From: a virus
Strand: one strand, 5' to 3'
IMG/VR virus record: IMGVR_UViG_3300009431_000003
Length of the DNA: 64,000 nt
Positions 43,452 to 54,177 of the stretch are shown piece by piece. A program made the position numbers and the translations under genes. Positions within the stretch are counted from its first letter, which is position 1, and each line of letters begins with the position of its first letter. The notes beneath the pieces are model-generated. The model was not told the origin of the DNA. It saw nothing but the letters and a program-made list of their open reading frames with translations, and ran no database searches.

Positions 43452-44639
43452 TTAAAGTGTTTTTCTTGTAGCCTTCCCAAACAGTTTGGTCAAAGCTACA
43501 AGGTCTTCAGTAGACCGATCAGCGGCCTTGTATCTCGAAGGTAGCACGTTTTTGGCTCTAGTGTATAGAGCTTTGGACGTATCTGCCACCCGTTTTCCTT
43601 CTCCTGCTAAATAGTCAGCGGGATGAGCAAGGGCTTGCTGTGCTCCGGTAAGCTGGCCTTTTAGGTGATCAACTTCACTCTGTATAATTTTTTTAGCTGC
43701 AGGTTTGCCTTGCCCTTTTACGATAGCTCTTCCTGCTCTAGCTGCGGTATTCGCAACATTAGTACCGAACAATACTTCAGTCATTCCTGGAACAGGAAGT
43801 ATGATTGCCTTTTCCGGTATCCTAAGCTTTTTTCCTGCAAGGCCTGTAATCCCACCAACCGCCGCAGAGCCCCCAGTAAACATAGCAACGTGCTTTAAGT
43901 AGGACCTTACTTTGTCTCCTGTATCAGATCCGGTTTTTGGATTTTCAAAGAAGTCTGGTTCTTGTCTGGGTCTACGGGCCGCAACGGATAGCGCTGTCCC
44001 ACCACCTCCGGCAATGAGAGGGATTTTATATTTATCAGCGAATCTCATTCCCCGCATAGTCGCTGGGGCTTTATCAGCCGTAGCAGCAAACCCTTTATTC
44101 ATTCCTTTAGAAAAAGACTTACCGGATGCCCCAGGAAAAAGAGCAGAAGTTGTTTCCGGTTTTAAGGCCCTGCCTCCTAGACTTCTGCCTTTTAAATATC
44201 CGGCTGTTGCTCCGATACCTTTGTGGGTTGCTTTACTTCCCGTAACAATTAACTTAGCCAATTTCTTTGCAATAAGCTGTGTTCCTTCTCCAATTCCTTT
44301 TCCCAGTCGTAAAGTATTTTCTACTCCCAAAGTACCCAGGGTTATAGGAACCGCGAGTTGTGCTTGTTTCAGCAAATATTCTTCCGGATAATTCCAAACA
44401 CTATCCACCGAAGCAAGTTTCCCCATTGTTGTTGAAGCTTTAGGGGCTTTAATTACTTTTGGGGACTTTGGTATCCTTGCCGTGCTACCGGAATTTATTC
44501 TGGGTCCGGAAATTCCTGTATTTGGGGCTCCAGGTAATAATGGGACATGCCGAAGAGAGGGATTCAACGATGCAGCTCCACCAGCCATAGCTGCTGTTTG
44601 TACCATTTGCGCGCCGGGCATAAAAGATGAAGAACCCAT
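43452..44639 (-). CDS. Gly/Ala/Lys-rich K-x-A motif protein (putative internal/ejection protein)
   Basis: GKLAS, LKQAQ; hydrophobic Gly-rich helices. Confidence 0.6.
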   Translation of the reverse strand: MGSSSFMPGAQMVQTAAMAGGAASLNPSLRHVPLLPGAPNTGISGPRINSGSTARIPKSPKVIKAPKASTTMGKLASVDSVWNYPEEYLLKQAQLAVPITLGTLGVENTLRLGKGIGEGTQLIAKKLAKLIVTGSKATHKGIGATAGYLKGRSLGGRALKPETTSALFPGASGKSFSKGMNKGFAATADKAPATMRGMRFADKYKIPLIAGGGGTALSVAARRPRQEPDFFENPKTGSDTGDKVRSYLKHVAMFTGGSAAVGGITGLAGKKLRIPEKAIILPVPGMTEVLFGTNVANTAARAGRAIVKGQGKPAAKKIIQSEVDHLKGQLTGAQQALAHPADYLAGEGKRVADTSKALYTRAKNVLPSRYKAADRSTEDLVALTKLFGKATRKTL

Positions 44640-44641
44640 TA

Positions 44642-45097
44642 TTACCTTCCCACAGCTCTATTACCAAGACCAAAAGAAGCCCCAGCCCCGCTGGCGCCCA
44701 TGATGCCTTTAATTCCTAAAGGTTGTTTTTTCCACCATTGTCCAAAAGCTCCTTTACCAAACATACCGCCTACTCCTTTTTGGGCTCCACGCATAGCTGC
44801 ACGACGCACTAAGGCTTTGCCTCCCATATACAAAAGCGGAGAAGCAGCCGCAGCAATTGCTCCAGCGGCCATATATGGGTGTTGTTTTGCTCCATAAGCA
44901 CCAAGCTGGCCCCAATTTTTCAGCATTTGAGGTGTACCTCTACTAGCGCCGTACCTCCCGAGTTGAACAATATTTTTTATTGCCTGCCCAAAAGCAGCCA
45001 CCTTTTCCATATCAGCAACTTGCGATTGACGACATAGATGAGAAACTGCCAAAGCTTGCCCGAGCTTATTCATAATACTGCTGTTCCTTTCTTGCAC
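44642..45097 (-). CDS. Gly/Ala-rich K-x-A motif protein
   Basis: MEKVAAFG; hydrophobic MAAGAIAAAASPLLY. Confidence 0.6.
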   Translation of the reverse strand: MQERNSSIMNKLGQALAVSHLCRQSQVADMEKVAAFGQAIKNIVQLGRYGASRGTPQMLKNWGQLGAYGAKQHPYMAAGAIAAAASPLLYMGGKALVRRAAMRGAQKGVGGMFGKGAFGQWWKKQPLGIKGIMGASGAGASFGLGNRAVGR

Positions 45098-45575
45098 TAT
45101 TGCGCCCTCTAAGAAACATTCCCGCAGCTCCCGCAGCCCCGCCGGCTAAAGCCAACCCTTTGTGCCTTGAAAGTAATCGCAACAATCCTGAGCTTGCGGG
45201 AGGTGGGGCTGTTGGTCTCCGGGTGGCTATACCAGCCAAAGTACCCATAATAGGCAGAGAGGCTGCCATATAGGGTAATCCACGCATAAGTCCTCCTTGA
45301 GCCCTCGTCCCGTACCAACTAGCTTTTTGAGCTAGTTGGGATCTACCTGCATTCTGTATAAGCGAGCCTATTCTCCCTGGAGGTTTGGGAGTAGGTGCAG
45401 GTTTGCCGCTAAACCTATCAACTATATAAGGGTTTCCTCTTACATCTAAAATAGGAGATTGAATAAACCTCCCTCCCGCATTACCTGCTGGAGAACCAGA
45501 GATAGCCACCTTTATCAAATACGGAAAGGGATTATTACTTATCTCCCAAAGAGCTTGTTGAGCTGTTTTCTTCAT
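45066..45575 (-). CDS. Gly/Ala-rich K-x-A motif protein
   Basis: MKKTAQ, LIKVAI; two hydrophobic helices. Confidence 0.6.
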   Translation of the reverse strand: MKKTAQQALWEISNNPFPYLIKVAISGSPAGNAGGRFIQSPILDVRGNPYIVDRFSGKPAPTPKPPGRIGSLIQNAGRSQLAQKASWYGTRAQGGLMRGLPYMAASLPIMGTLAGIATRRPTAPPPASSGLLRLLSRHKGLALAGGAAGAAGMFLRGRNSARKEQQYYE

Positions 45576-45641
45576 TTCAGTCCTTCTCAGCCGTCATTAG
45601 TAGCTTGCTCAAAACTACCAATAACGGCTTTGTAGCTCCCT

Positions 45642-48600
45642 TTATACAATAAGGGAAATGCGGATGTAATTACAAGGATATGGAACATCAAGCTCCACGT
45701 CAATTAATATCCTGTCTCGCTGAGTAGCATCTTGAACGATGTTCTTGATGGCTGCAGCGTTTAGGTTCCCTGATTCAATAATAAAGCCTATGGAACCTTG
45801 CAAGATAGTCCCCAAGGTGTCCAATAAGCTCTGAGTGATGTTATACCGCCCGATGTAGGGCCTTACTGCCGTACGCAGTACCTTGGCAGTATAATCTATA
45901 GTTTTGGTGATTGAGAGTTCTCTTTTCTCAATTGAAGTCAGGTCTGTGGAGGTCTGATGGCGACAAACTAAAGGAGCTCCTTCTGATTCCTGAATCAGGA
46001 GATAAGCTCCACCGCCAGCCATTTGGTCGAGTTGTGATTGGGTAAACTGGTCATTAGATCCCTTGACCCCGGTAAATCCAACTATCGGAAATTGAGTAAA
46101 GGGCTGAGCGGGAGCTTGCTGCCCAACCATGCCAGCCATGGCACAGGCACCATAATATCCTTCAATTACCTGATCCGGCCCGCCTAAATTGGCAACAAGT
46201 TGGTCAGGGAAAATGAAGTACATTCTCCTGTCCTGGTAACTGTTATACATCTGAGCCACAGTCTCTGCTGTTTTCTGCAGATCCCTCGCACCAGAAGCCA
46301 GTACCAAGGAGCTGCCACGAATCTTAAGTGACCAGTCCGCATTGATAATTTCTTCAGTAAGAGGTGTCAGTGTATAAAACCCATCTTCGTTCTCGTCCTC
46401 AGAAAAAGTGGTACGGAATATAGCTATCACACCATTGACAGCAGAAATACTATAGTGCCTCAATTCAGAACCGGCTGGCGTAGACACTGCTATCTCCAGG
46501 AAAACTTCCTGTGCACAAGTAATATTACCAATATCCTCAATACCCGCGGCTTGAAGAGCTGCGCTAGGATTGGCATCCAGAGTAATAGAATTCTCCACAT
46601 CTCCTGCCGCTCTATTAGCGGAGAGACCTGAATGAATTACTTCTGAAGTTTCTCTGGTAGGCATTTCAGCGGAGAAAGCTCCTATCCTCTCGCCCATTTG
46701 CTCCGGCTCGCTCATATAGTTAATGTGAGCTTTCAGCATTTGATGGACTGTAGCGTCATAAGTAAGAGGCGCCAGGGTATAGACATCCTCGGACTGAAGG
46801 AACTCAAACGCCGCCATGTATCCTAGAGGCGTTCCCATCTCATTCGCAGAACTAATATCATGGATACCAATTCCGGTAACTGAGATACCTGGAGCATTTA
46901 ACTTGGCAAAGTACATACCCAATGCTAATGGGTTATCGGTAGTGACCGGGTCCATTTCAGTCATTAGTGTCGTAGCTTGCTCAAAGACCTGAAGTGCGGG
47001 ATTCTCCGCCATTGCGGTAATATCAAGACGGAGAGCTTTGTATTGCATATATGCCTGTGCGGAAGCACTTGCGGTAGGTTGGCCCATTAATGCATCCCGT
47101 AACCACTCAGCGCCCAGAACAACATTCCCAAAGGATAGATAGAAATCAGGATCCGGTCTTCCCATCCCGTAGGCTATTCCTTCTGTAAGTTCATTATCCC
47201 AACTCATAGCCTCTGCAGCGGTACCTGTTTCCCAATCGACAATCGAGATAAAGGAACCGTACCCCTCCAAGGGACTGGTAAGGCGCAACTTTTTAGCAGT
47301 ACCTGAGTCAATAACTTCAGCTATAGGTGTCGCTGTAGAGTCAAGTTCAAACAGACCATTAATGTCTTCTACAATCGTGTAGATTGAGTTTCCTGTAATT
47401 TTTGTATTGTACAGGTCAGCGCGAAGATCCAAATAGAAGGAGAAGTCCAGTCCATTGGTTCCGTTAATGGTATAAGCGGCACTGGTAACAAAAACAGTGG
47501 GCAAGGTAGGCCCTGTTTGCGCAACACCAAAAAGATCGTTGCCATCATCAAAGTTGTGAATGTCAAGCTGGCCATTGGAGTTGAATCGCATTAGGATTGC
47601 GTCATTTTCCTCTTCAAAAATAATAAGAGGATCGCTTCCATCAGTACCTCCCCAAGGAGCGCTGATAAAATCAACACCAAGAGCATCAAATCCAAGAGAA
47701 ATTGTGTTGTTAAGATAATCCACAATATCACCAACACTGCCCCAAGGAGCAGGACCGGAAGGATCTAATTGAGGAACCACTCCAAAGAAATCATGGATTC
47801 CTGTATTATCTGTAAGAGTTATCCAGAACAGTTTGTCGGAAAGAAGATCAATGTTTGCTGCGGGAGGCCCTGCTCCAGCATACATACTCTCAATTACTGC
47901 TGTCTCGACTTCTGTTCCATTATACTCAGGATCTCTTCCACGGCCTTCAAGGAAAGGCACAGTATCAAGGTCAAATCCTAGAATCGGGTAAGCCGGTTTG
48001 TCTACTGGAGGCTGAATACGGAAAGCGGTCTTTGCGCCTTCATATCCATCTCCCATAATAGCCGGGTCGTTTACAATCGGCATTTCAGCAACTAATACTG
48101 TAGAACCGGAACCAGCACCAAAACCAATACCCCCATCAATGTTATCGGCGTAAAGAGCATAACCAGCCTGTAAATTATTAGCCCAGATATGTACCTGGTC
48201 ATCCACATCCACCCAAACATCAACAAAAGCGTCAATGCCCAGATCCTCAAATTGTCCCTGGAAGAAAACTACGAGCTGATCGGCAGTGTAGGTTCCTTCG
48301 TCACCCGCCTGAATAGTATATTCCCAAATAATATCATTGAGAGTAATGCTAAAGGATTGGCCCGCGGTAAAAGTAACCGGAGAGGCAATTGCAGGAGTCA
48401 CGAACTCAACGCCCCTGACAACTGTAGAGAATTCAATACCCTCTCCACTAAAAAGAGTATTGAGGCCGGTTACAAGGTCAATATGAGTGGCATACGGTCC
48501 ATCTGTAACTGTTTTGGTAAAAGAATCAAGCCACTCTTCAGTCTCGAAATCTTGCAGGGAAATAGTCAACTTCAGCCCTTGCAGATTAATTGGAGCTGCG

Positions 48601-50039
48601 GGAAGAGGATGATCTGCCAATATTCTAGCTGGCTGGTGCTCTACATCAGTAGGATCAGGCGAATCAATGACAGCAGGCTCGTTAATAGAGTAAGTACTGG
48701 CATATTCCAATCCTTGCGCTCGAACGTAGAAATATTTCGGGGCAAAAGGCAGATCATTGAGCGGAGTACCTACTTCAATAGGATCATATACCTTGGTAAG
48801 AGCATTTCCGTCATCATCAAATGTGGATGCCAAAAGGTTAATCTTTCCAAGCTTAATCCGTTCCTTTTCTACTTTCCATACTTCGGTGCCAGCTCCCCCG
48901 GGGACGCTTCCATCCGTATAAAGGATATCACCGGATTTAGTCATCCACTCCGGGCCTGGGTCGTTGATATACCCAGTGAAGTCCATGGCAAGAGGTAAGC
49001 TTTTAGGTAGAGAAGATACCCAATTCCATCTGCTCATCTCGTCTGTGTCATCAGTATCAGGCGCCTCGAAGAGCTGCGTATAAAAAGTTGGCGTATCAAA
49101 TAACAAAAGCATCCATGCGGGTGTAGGAGTCATTAGTGTAGGATTGGCGACATCATTCATTCCAGGATATTCACCAACAGTAAAGGTAGTGTCCTCGATA
49201 TAATTGCCTGTACGATTATCTCCGTAGGAGCCATAAAAAAGCTCGATCCACGGAGTAGTCGTGTCGCCATCAAAATCATCCGCGCCTCTTAGCCCTGCGC
49301 CTTCGACTCTTTGCTCTATCGCAACTGCTCCATCAGTATCCCATCCAAGACCAATAATACCATTGGCTGTTCCACTATCGCGGACAGTAACAGATCCTGT
49401 CGCACCAAATTTACTGGACATCAATAGAATATGTTGTGCAGAGTTTTCTGGATTAATCCACAGCTTGGCTGCGGTTTTGCCTGCTGCTGTATTAATTTGC
49501 TCAACCGCATCCTCCGGGAGAATATCTCCCTCTGAGAAATTAACAATAACATCAGCAGACTCGTCAATTCTGACTGTGTTATCAAGCTGGAACTTGAAGG
49601 TTGTACCTCCTAAGCCTGCAATGGGTTGAGGGTCTCCGTAAACATCAATAGGGTGGCCCATAGATATAAGGCCGGCCTTGGCGGTCAGCCACATCCACAT
49701 CGGCCCCATAACACTATCACCTGGATCCCTCTCATGCTCAACAAGCACAGAGCCATCCAAATAGAATAAGCGAATGGTTTCTTCCAGATAGTCCAACTCG
49801 TCACCATTTCCTCTCGGTGCAGGAAATGAAGACTGGTTTAAGACCAGAGGCATCTGGGAATAGGTCAATGCCAATGCGTCAGTGTTAATCGAACTGTCTG
49901 AAAGCAATGCTTCAAGGACTTCGTATCCCGGCCCAATAATACAAGGGCGCAGAGTTGCGGCTGCAATCTGCGGAGATACCGATTCGAAGACTTGTAATAC
50001 TTCGACTTTCGGTTTGGGTAAAGGTGCTGGTAGAGTCAT
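45642..50039 (-). CDS. Tail sheath protein with large insertions
   Basis: N-terminal AATLRPCIIGP; C-terminal sheath-like RHQTSTD..RELSITKTIDY..YIGRYNIT..VPYPCNYIRISLIV. Confidence 0.75.
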   Translation of the reverse strand: MTLPAPLPKPKVEVLQVFESVSPQIAAATLRPCIIGPGYEVLEALLSDSSINTDALALTYSQMPLVLNQSSFPAPRGNGDELDYLEETIRLFYLDGSVLVEHERDPGDSVMGPMWMWLTAKAGLISMGHPIDVYGDPQPIAGLGGTTFKFQLDNTVRIDESADVIVNFSEGDILPEDAVEQINTAAGKTAAKLWINPENSAQHILLMSSKFGATGSVTVRDSGTANGIIGLGWDTDGAVAIEQRVEGAGLRGADDFDGDTTTPWIELFYGSYGDNRTGNYIEDTTFTVGEYPGMNDVANPTLMTPTPAWMLLLFDTPTFYTQLFEAPDTDDTDEMSRWNWVSSLPKSLPLAMDFTGYINDPGPEWMTKSGDILYTDGSVPGGAGTEVWKVEKERIKLGKINLLASTFDDDGNALTKVYDPIEVGTPLNDLPFAPKYFYVRAQGLEYASTYSINEPAVIDSPDPTDVEHQPARILADHPLPAAPINLQGLKLTISLQDFETEEWLDSFTKTVTDGPYATHIDLVTGLNTLFSGEGIEFSTVVRGVEFVTPAIASPVTFTAGQSFSITLNDIIWEYTIQAGDEGTYTADQLVVFFQGQFEDLGIDAFVDVWVDVDDQVHIWANNLQAGYALYADNIDGGIGFGAGSGSTVLVAEMPIVNDPAIMGDGYEGAKTAFRIQPPVDKPAYPILGFDLDTVPFLEGRGRDPEYNGTEVETAVIESMYAGAGPPAANIDLLSDKLFWITLTDNTGIHDFFGVVPQLDPSGPAPWGSVGDIVDYLNNTISLGFDALGVDFISAPWGGTDGSDPLIIFEEENDAILMRFNSNGQLDIHNFDDGNDLFGVAQTGPTLPTVFVTSAAYTINGTNGLDFSFYLDLRADLYNTKITGNSIYTIVEDINGLFELDSTATPIAEVIDSGTAKKLRLTSPLEGYGSFISIVDWETGTAAEAMSWDNELTEGIAYGMGRPDPDFYLSFGNVVLGAEWLRDALMGQPTASASAQAYMQYKALRLDITAMAENPALQVFEQATTLMTEMDPVTTDNPLALGMYFAKLNAPGISVTGIGIHDISSANEMGTPLGYMAAFEFLQSEDVYTLAPLTYDATVHQMLKAHINYMSEPEQMGERIGAFSAEMPTRETSEVIHSGLSANRAAGDVENSITLDANPSAALQAAGIEDIGNITCAQEVFLEIAVSTPAGSELRHYSISAVNGVIAIFRTTFSEDENEDGFYTLTPLTEEIINADWSLKIRGSSLVLASGARDLQKTAETVAQMYNSYQDRRMYFIFPDQLVANLGGPDQVIEGYYGACAMAGMVGQQAPAQPFTQFPIVGFTGVKGSNDQFTQSQLDQMAGGGAYLLIQESEGAPLVCRHQTSTDLTSIEKRELSITKTIDYTAKVLRTAVRPYIGRYNITQSLLDTLGTILQGSIGFIIESGNLNAAAIKNIVQDATQRDRILIDVELDVPYPCNYIRISLIV

Positions 50040-50043
50040 TTGG

Positions 50044-50793
50044 TTACTCCTCTTCTAGTTGCTGAGAGGCCGTGATTCGCACTGGCTTCCGGTGGTCGCC
50101 ATCTTCGACCCGGCGAGGCTTGCTCGACTGACCATCCCAAATGTGTGTAATGCGGCTACTTCTCGTTTGCCGCAGCCCCAGCTCTATTTGATAGAGAGGG
50201 ACAGTATTTAAAAACTGTACCGTCCAATTATCAGGGAAATGGAATGGTACAACTACCTTGGCGGAAAAGAAGTCAGCCTTTCCGCCATTATAAACTATGC
50301 CATTTTCTACGGGTGCAATAGGCTCTATTGCAACTCTATCACCTATGTTATGCAGTCCCACCCTTCGGTTAAGGACTGTTCGGAGACCTCGTACCGCAGA
50401 TCTTGCAATCCAAGCTAATCTCCTGGCTTCCAGAGGCTCTTCAGAAATACAGTGAAAAATCATATTTGATAATTCCAGATCAACTTTGGCCTGATCTCCT
50501 GTATGTATATACTGTGTAAGTTGTTGTCCAAGGGCAAGGTTCGCACTTGATGTACCTCCCATTTTCACAACTATCGAAGGCAGTTTCTGCATTTTGTCAA
50601 AATCTATTCTTTCTGATACAACCCACATTTCCGTTTGAGCTTTATCTTTCGTATATTTTAAGTCCCCTACCTTTTGGCCCTCAAAAACAACCCGCAGCAA
50701 CCATACAACATTTAGCTGTATAAAAGTAAGAGGGTCCAGGCCAATACTAGAAAGTCCCCTTGTTGCTTCTGGTATTGTAGTTGCTTCTGTCAT
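50044..50793 (-). CDS. Putative tail terminator/completion protein
   Basis: Upstream of sheath; LPSIVVKMG pattern. Confidence 0.45.
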   Translation of the reverse strand: MTEATTIPEATRGLSSIGLDPLTFIQLNVVWLLRVVFEGQKVGDLKYTKDKAQTEMWVVSERIDFDKMQKLPSIVVKMGGTSSANLALGQQLTQYIHTGDQAKVDLELSNMIFHCISEEPLEARRLAWIARSAVRGLRTVLNRRVGLHNIGDRVAIEPIAPVENGIVYNGGKADFFSAKVVVPFHFPDNWTVQFLNTVPLYQIELGLRQTRSSRITHIWDGQSSKPRRVEDGDHRKPVRITASQQLEEE

Positions 50794-51134
50794 TCTCTTA
50801 TATGGTCCTTTATGGTAGCTTCCTCTTCCGCCCTTCTCTTAGCCTCGCCCCAAATCATAGCCGTTGCAAGACCCATTGCTCCGGTTCCTAAACCTACGTA
50901 AGGGGCCAGTTTTCTGGCCCGTTCAGAAATAGGCATTCCCATTATCTTTTTGCCGTAATTTGTACTAGCAGCAAAACGCGCTGCAAGATGAGAAGCCCCA
51001 GTACCCGCACCGTAACCTGCTGCCCCGGCAAGACTATAAAGCAGCATACGTTTATATCGAGCTTGTCTTTGTTTTTTTAATTGCTCTTCTGTTATTTGAG
51101 CAATTTTTGCTCTTAGCCTTATATCATCAAGCAT
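50790..51134 (-). CDS. Small Gly/Ala hydrophobic motif protein
   Basis: RAKIAQ; two hydrophobic Gly-rich segments. Confidence 0.55.
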   Translation of the reverse strand: MLDDIRLRAKIAQITEEQLKKQRQARYKRMLLYSLAGAAGYGAGTGASHLAARFAASTNYGKKIMGMPISERARKLAPYVGLGTGAMGLATAMIWGEAKRRAEEEATIKDHIRE

Positions 51135-51972
51135 CAGGATGCATCTCCTCGTGACTCCTGCCCATGGTAAGTTCTCTTGCAGGACCGGCCTGTATTGGGT
51201 CCATCTCCCAGTCTACCGGAACCTTATAAGCCATGTCACCATAAATAACCTCGTTTAAACGAATCTCTTGCTTTACGGGATGACGAAGTATCTCTATAGT
51301 CTTATCAGGTACAACAGTCCATCTCCGGTTCTCCGCCTCTACTATCAGATCTCCTTCTTTTAATGTGGGATAGGGAATAGTCCAAGCGGTAGTTAAAGCT
51401 ATTTCTGTCTTACCGGAATCAGATACTTGAATAACTTTCCTTTCCGGATTTATCATCATCAGAGATTCAATTGGATGAAAAAAGCCACCAACCCAACCAG
51501 TACTAAAGCACGTAGGGCAATGAGATACTATTTTTACATCATCGATATCATCAAACCTACAATGAGGACAGCTCTGACCAAAAGTTCTTATAGGAAAAAT
51601 TAAAACCTTCCGCCCATTAAACTCTCTCAGCTTTATAAAATTTTGGCGAATTATTTCCAAGGCTCTTAATGAAGGAGGAGGAATTGCTTCTCTTGATTCA
51701 GATTCCTCTACTTCATTTGTACGTCTATCTGTAATACGAATTCTATAATAAATGTTACGGTTGAATATTGGACGAGGAATTGTCCCGTCCCGGAACATAT
51801 ATCTGTCCTGAAATTTCTCAGTAAGAACATCCCACGGACCTTCAGGAGATTCACTGCGAAGAATCTCAAAATCATAATTGAGAACGTCCTCGTTGACATC
51901 TTCGATCTCCCACCACACATCGAAGTGGTCGATATCAAATGATTGGACTCTGGCATTCACGATCTTCAGCAT
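51127..51972 (-). CDS. Putative head-closure/neck protein
   Basis: Start at MLKIVN (TAATG coupling); FN3-like N-terminus, CPHC..CPTC, LKEGDLIVEAENRRW. Confidence 0.5.
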   Translation of the reverse strand: MLKIVNARVQSFDIDHFDVWWEIEDVNEDVLNYDFEILRSESPEGPWDVLTEKFQDRYMFRDGTIPRPIFNRNIYYRIRITDRRTNEVEESESREAIPPPSLRALEIIRQNFIKLREFNGRKVLIFPIRTFGQSCPHCRFDDIDDVKIVSHCPTCFSTGWVGGFFHPIESLMMINPERKVIQVSDSGKTEIALTTAWTIPYPTLKEGDLIVEAENRRWTVVPDKTIEILRHPVKQEIRLNEVIYGDMAYKVPVDWEMDPIQAGPARELTMGRSHEEMHPDA

Positions 51973-52922
51973 TAGTACACGTATTTCTTCATTGCTTTGT
52001 TGGCGAGACCTCTGGCCTGGCTTGCACCAAAGCCTGATCTGGCAAGGTGCCATAATTGCGTGCCGGGAGCCATACCCTGCTGTCTCATGTAATTACGATA
52101 GGCTCCCTTACCAAAGGTGCCTCTCATTAAAGCATTCACGCTGCTAGAAAAGTTACCTGCTCCCTTAGCAGCCTGACCGAGATTTCCTGTAGCGATCTGT
52201 CTACCTGACGTACGAGCGTTCTGTAGAAATTTGCCGGCGCCTGCGCCGAGTGCAGCTCTACCTCTTGGATCTGCAAGGGCCTGCCCGAGTCCATGCATGA
52301 AACTCCCGCCGCCGGCATGTCGGATCATGCCCATTCCTTTAGCTCCGGCACGAATGTTGCCGAAGATCTGACTTGCTTGTCCAGCCTGTTGCATTGCGGC
52401 AGGAGTGGCCGCGCCCTGAACTCCAGTCAACCATTTTGTGTAGGTAGGTACGTGCTTTTGGGCTTTACCTAATACACTGCCTGCACCACGCAAAAGGGAT
52501 CCAGCAATCTGGGCCTCCTTTGTCGCTCCGGATTTGAGTATGGAGTCGCCAATGCCTGGATTGCCTGCTGTAGCTCTGGCCATTCCCCATACACTACCGA
52601 CAGCTCCACCACTGATGGCTCCTCGGATAATCTTCCCTCTGAGAGCGCGGAGCGCCTTGTTTCGTTTTACATCATAAAGATGTTCTGCTGCTCGTCCGGA
52701 CCCACCAGCTAAAGCACCAATTCCGGCACCAAGTAGGGTGTTGGCGAGGACTGGAGCTTCCTCGGCCGTTTTTATACCGAGGGCCTCCTTCTTCAGTTCA
52801 AGAGGCAGAGGTATATTATTGTCCTGAGCATACTTGATAAGCTGGAGGTTATTCATCCCTGCCAGCTTCTTACGGAGCATCCCATCTTGTCCAAGTTTCT
52901 CAAGGTATTCGGTCAGTTTCAT
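51972..52922 (-). CDS. Gly/Ala-rich K-x-A motif protein
   Basis: KKLAG, KKEAL, IKTAEE, TKEAQ; Gly-zipper helices. Confidence 0.6.
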   Translation of the reverse strand: MKLTEYLEKLGQDGMLRKKLAGMNNLQLIKYAQDNNIPLPLELKKEALGIKTAEEAPVLANTLLGAGIGALAGGSGRAAEHLYDVKRNKALRALRGKIIRGAISGGAVGSVWGMARATAGNPGIGDSILKSGATKEAQIAGSLLRGAGSVLGKAQKHVPTYTKWLTGVQGAATPAAMQQAGQASQIFGNIRAGAKGMGMIRHAGGGSFMHGLGQALADPRGRAALGAGAGKFLQNARTSGRQIATGNLGQAAKGAGNFSSSVNALMRGTFGKGAYRNYMRQQGMAPGTQLWHLARSGFGASQARGLANKAMKKYVY

Positions 52923-52932
52923 ATTGGGCTCC

Positions 52933-54177
52933 TTACCGAAGCTCTTTGTACGCTAAAGAATAAGCGTCTTTCACTTCTGCATCAGGACCAAAATGCTTTC
53001 TTGGTCCTGGCGAAGCATGTACCTGTTTCAATTTCTCCAGTACTGCGGCCCGCATCTTGCTTCTCCTGGCGTTCATCGGGCCAAGCTCCTCCGCAGCAAC
53101 AACCGCAGGCATTCCCCTACCGGAAACAGGTTTGGTTAAGTGAAGGATCTCCTTCATATACCTTGGAGCGGCGTTTTTGGTAGACCCAAACTGTTTCAAA
53201 TTGTCTAAAAACCCTGGCCGAACTGGGGCATCCTTAGTCAGCAACTTAGCAATCGGGGCGCCCAAGGCAGTTCCTGCCACTCCACCAATCAGACCGGACA
53301 CCACAGGCATCTCTTTCATCTTCTTGGAAATCGCCAGCCCACTGTCAGCGATCTGCTCGATCTTCTCGGACGGCTTACCCTTCTTCATGTCGGAAAACAT
53401 CTTCTCCATTTTGCTTTTAGCATCATTTGGGGCATAAGTTTGTCGAATTGCTGAAGCCGCTCCGGCCAGGCCAGTGGTAATCATAATCGGAACTTTAGTA
53501 GTTTTCGGTAAGACCCCGGCGGCAGTTTTCTTTAGTCCAAGTTTCTGTGCAATCTTGCTTCGAGATTTTATTGCCTGTTTATATTTAAGCTGACGGGCTT
53601 GTTTCTCAATAGTAGGATCATATTGTAGAGGTGTGACTTCTGTACCTGCTACCGCCTCCTGCACTTTTGCTTTAACAAGTTCGGCTTCCAATTTAAGCTT
53701 TTCCTGCTCAATTCGGTATTTTATCCTGTCCTCCTCGTGCCTAGAGACTTCCTCCTCTTGCCAACGAGCCTTCCTCTTTGCTTCTTCTTCTTCTCCTCGT
53801 TGTGCGTGGAATATTTGGCTTTCTTTCTCAATTAAATTAATTTGCAGCGCTTGATTATAGAAAGAAGTTCCTTTGAACTTATCTGCCCAAAGATCATGCG
53901 GCCCAACATCGGAAACGGGACTGGTTGAGACGATTTGGGCAGTCTTCTGCATAGAATTAATAGCTTTCGCACTTTGTAGTGCGTCCAATGCGCGAAAAGC
54001 TCCTTGTTTATTTGAGTCCTGAGCTGCTTCTGTAGCTGCTTTTTGCAACAGAGCCAATTCCCCTGCGGAGGAATTCAGACTTGCCCCTTTCAGACGCATG
54101 AAGAAGTCCAATTTATCATATTGCTCCTGAATTTTTGGAGAAATTGCATTGTTTTGGGGATATAGTCTGTCAGTCAT
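52933..54177 (-). CDS. Coiled-coil K-x-A motif protein
   Basis: QKTAQ, EKQAR, KKTAA; GAGGAG RBS. Confidence 0.65.
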   Translation of the reverse strand: MTDRLYPQNNAISPKIQEQYDKLDFFMRLKGASLNSSAGELALLQKAATEAAQDSNKQGAFRALDALQSAKAINSMQKTAQIVSTSPVSDVGPHDLWADKFKGTSFYNQALQINLIEKESQIFHAQRGEEEEAKRKARWQEEEVSRHEEDRIKYRIEQEKLKLEAELVKAKVQEAVAGTEVTPLQYDPTIEKQARQLKYKQAIKSRSKIAQKLGLKKTAAGVLPKTTKVPIMITTGLAGAASAIRQTYAPNDAKSKMEKMFSDMKKGKPSEKIEQIADSGLAISKKMKEMPVVSGLIGGVAGTALGAPIAKLLTKDAPVRPGFLDNLKQFGSTKNAAPRYMKEILHLTKPVSGRGMPAVVAAEELGPMNARRSKMRAAVLEKLKQVHASPGPRKHFGPDAEVKDAYSLAYKELR

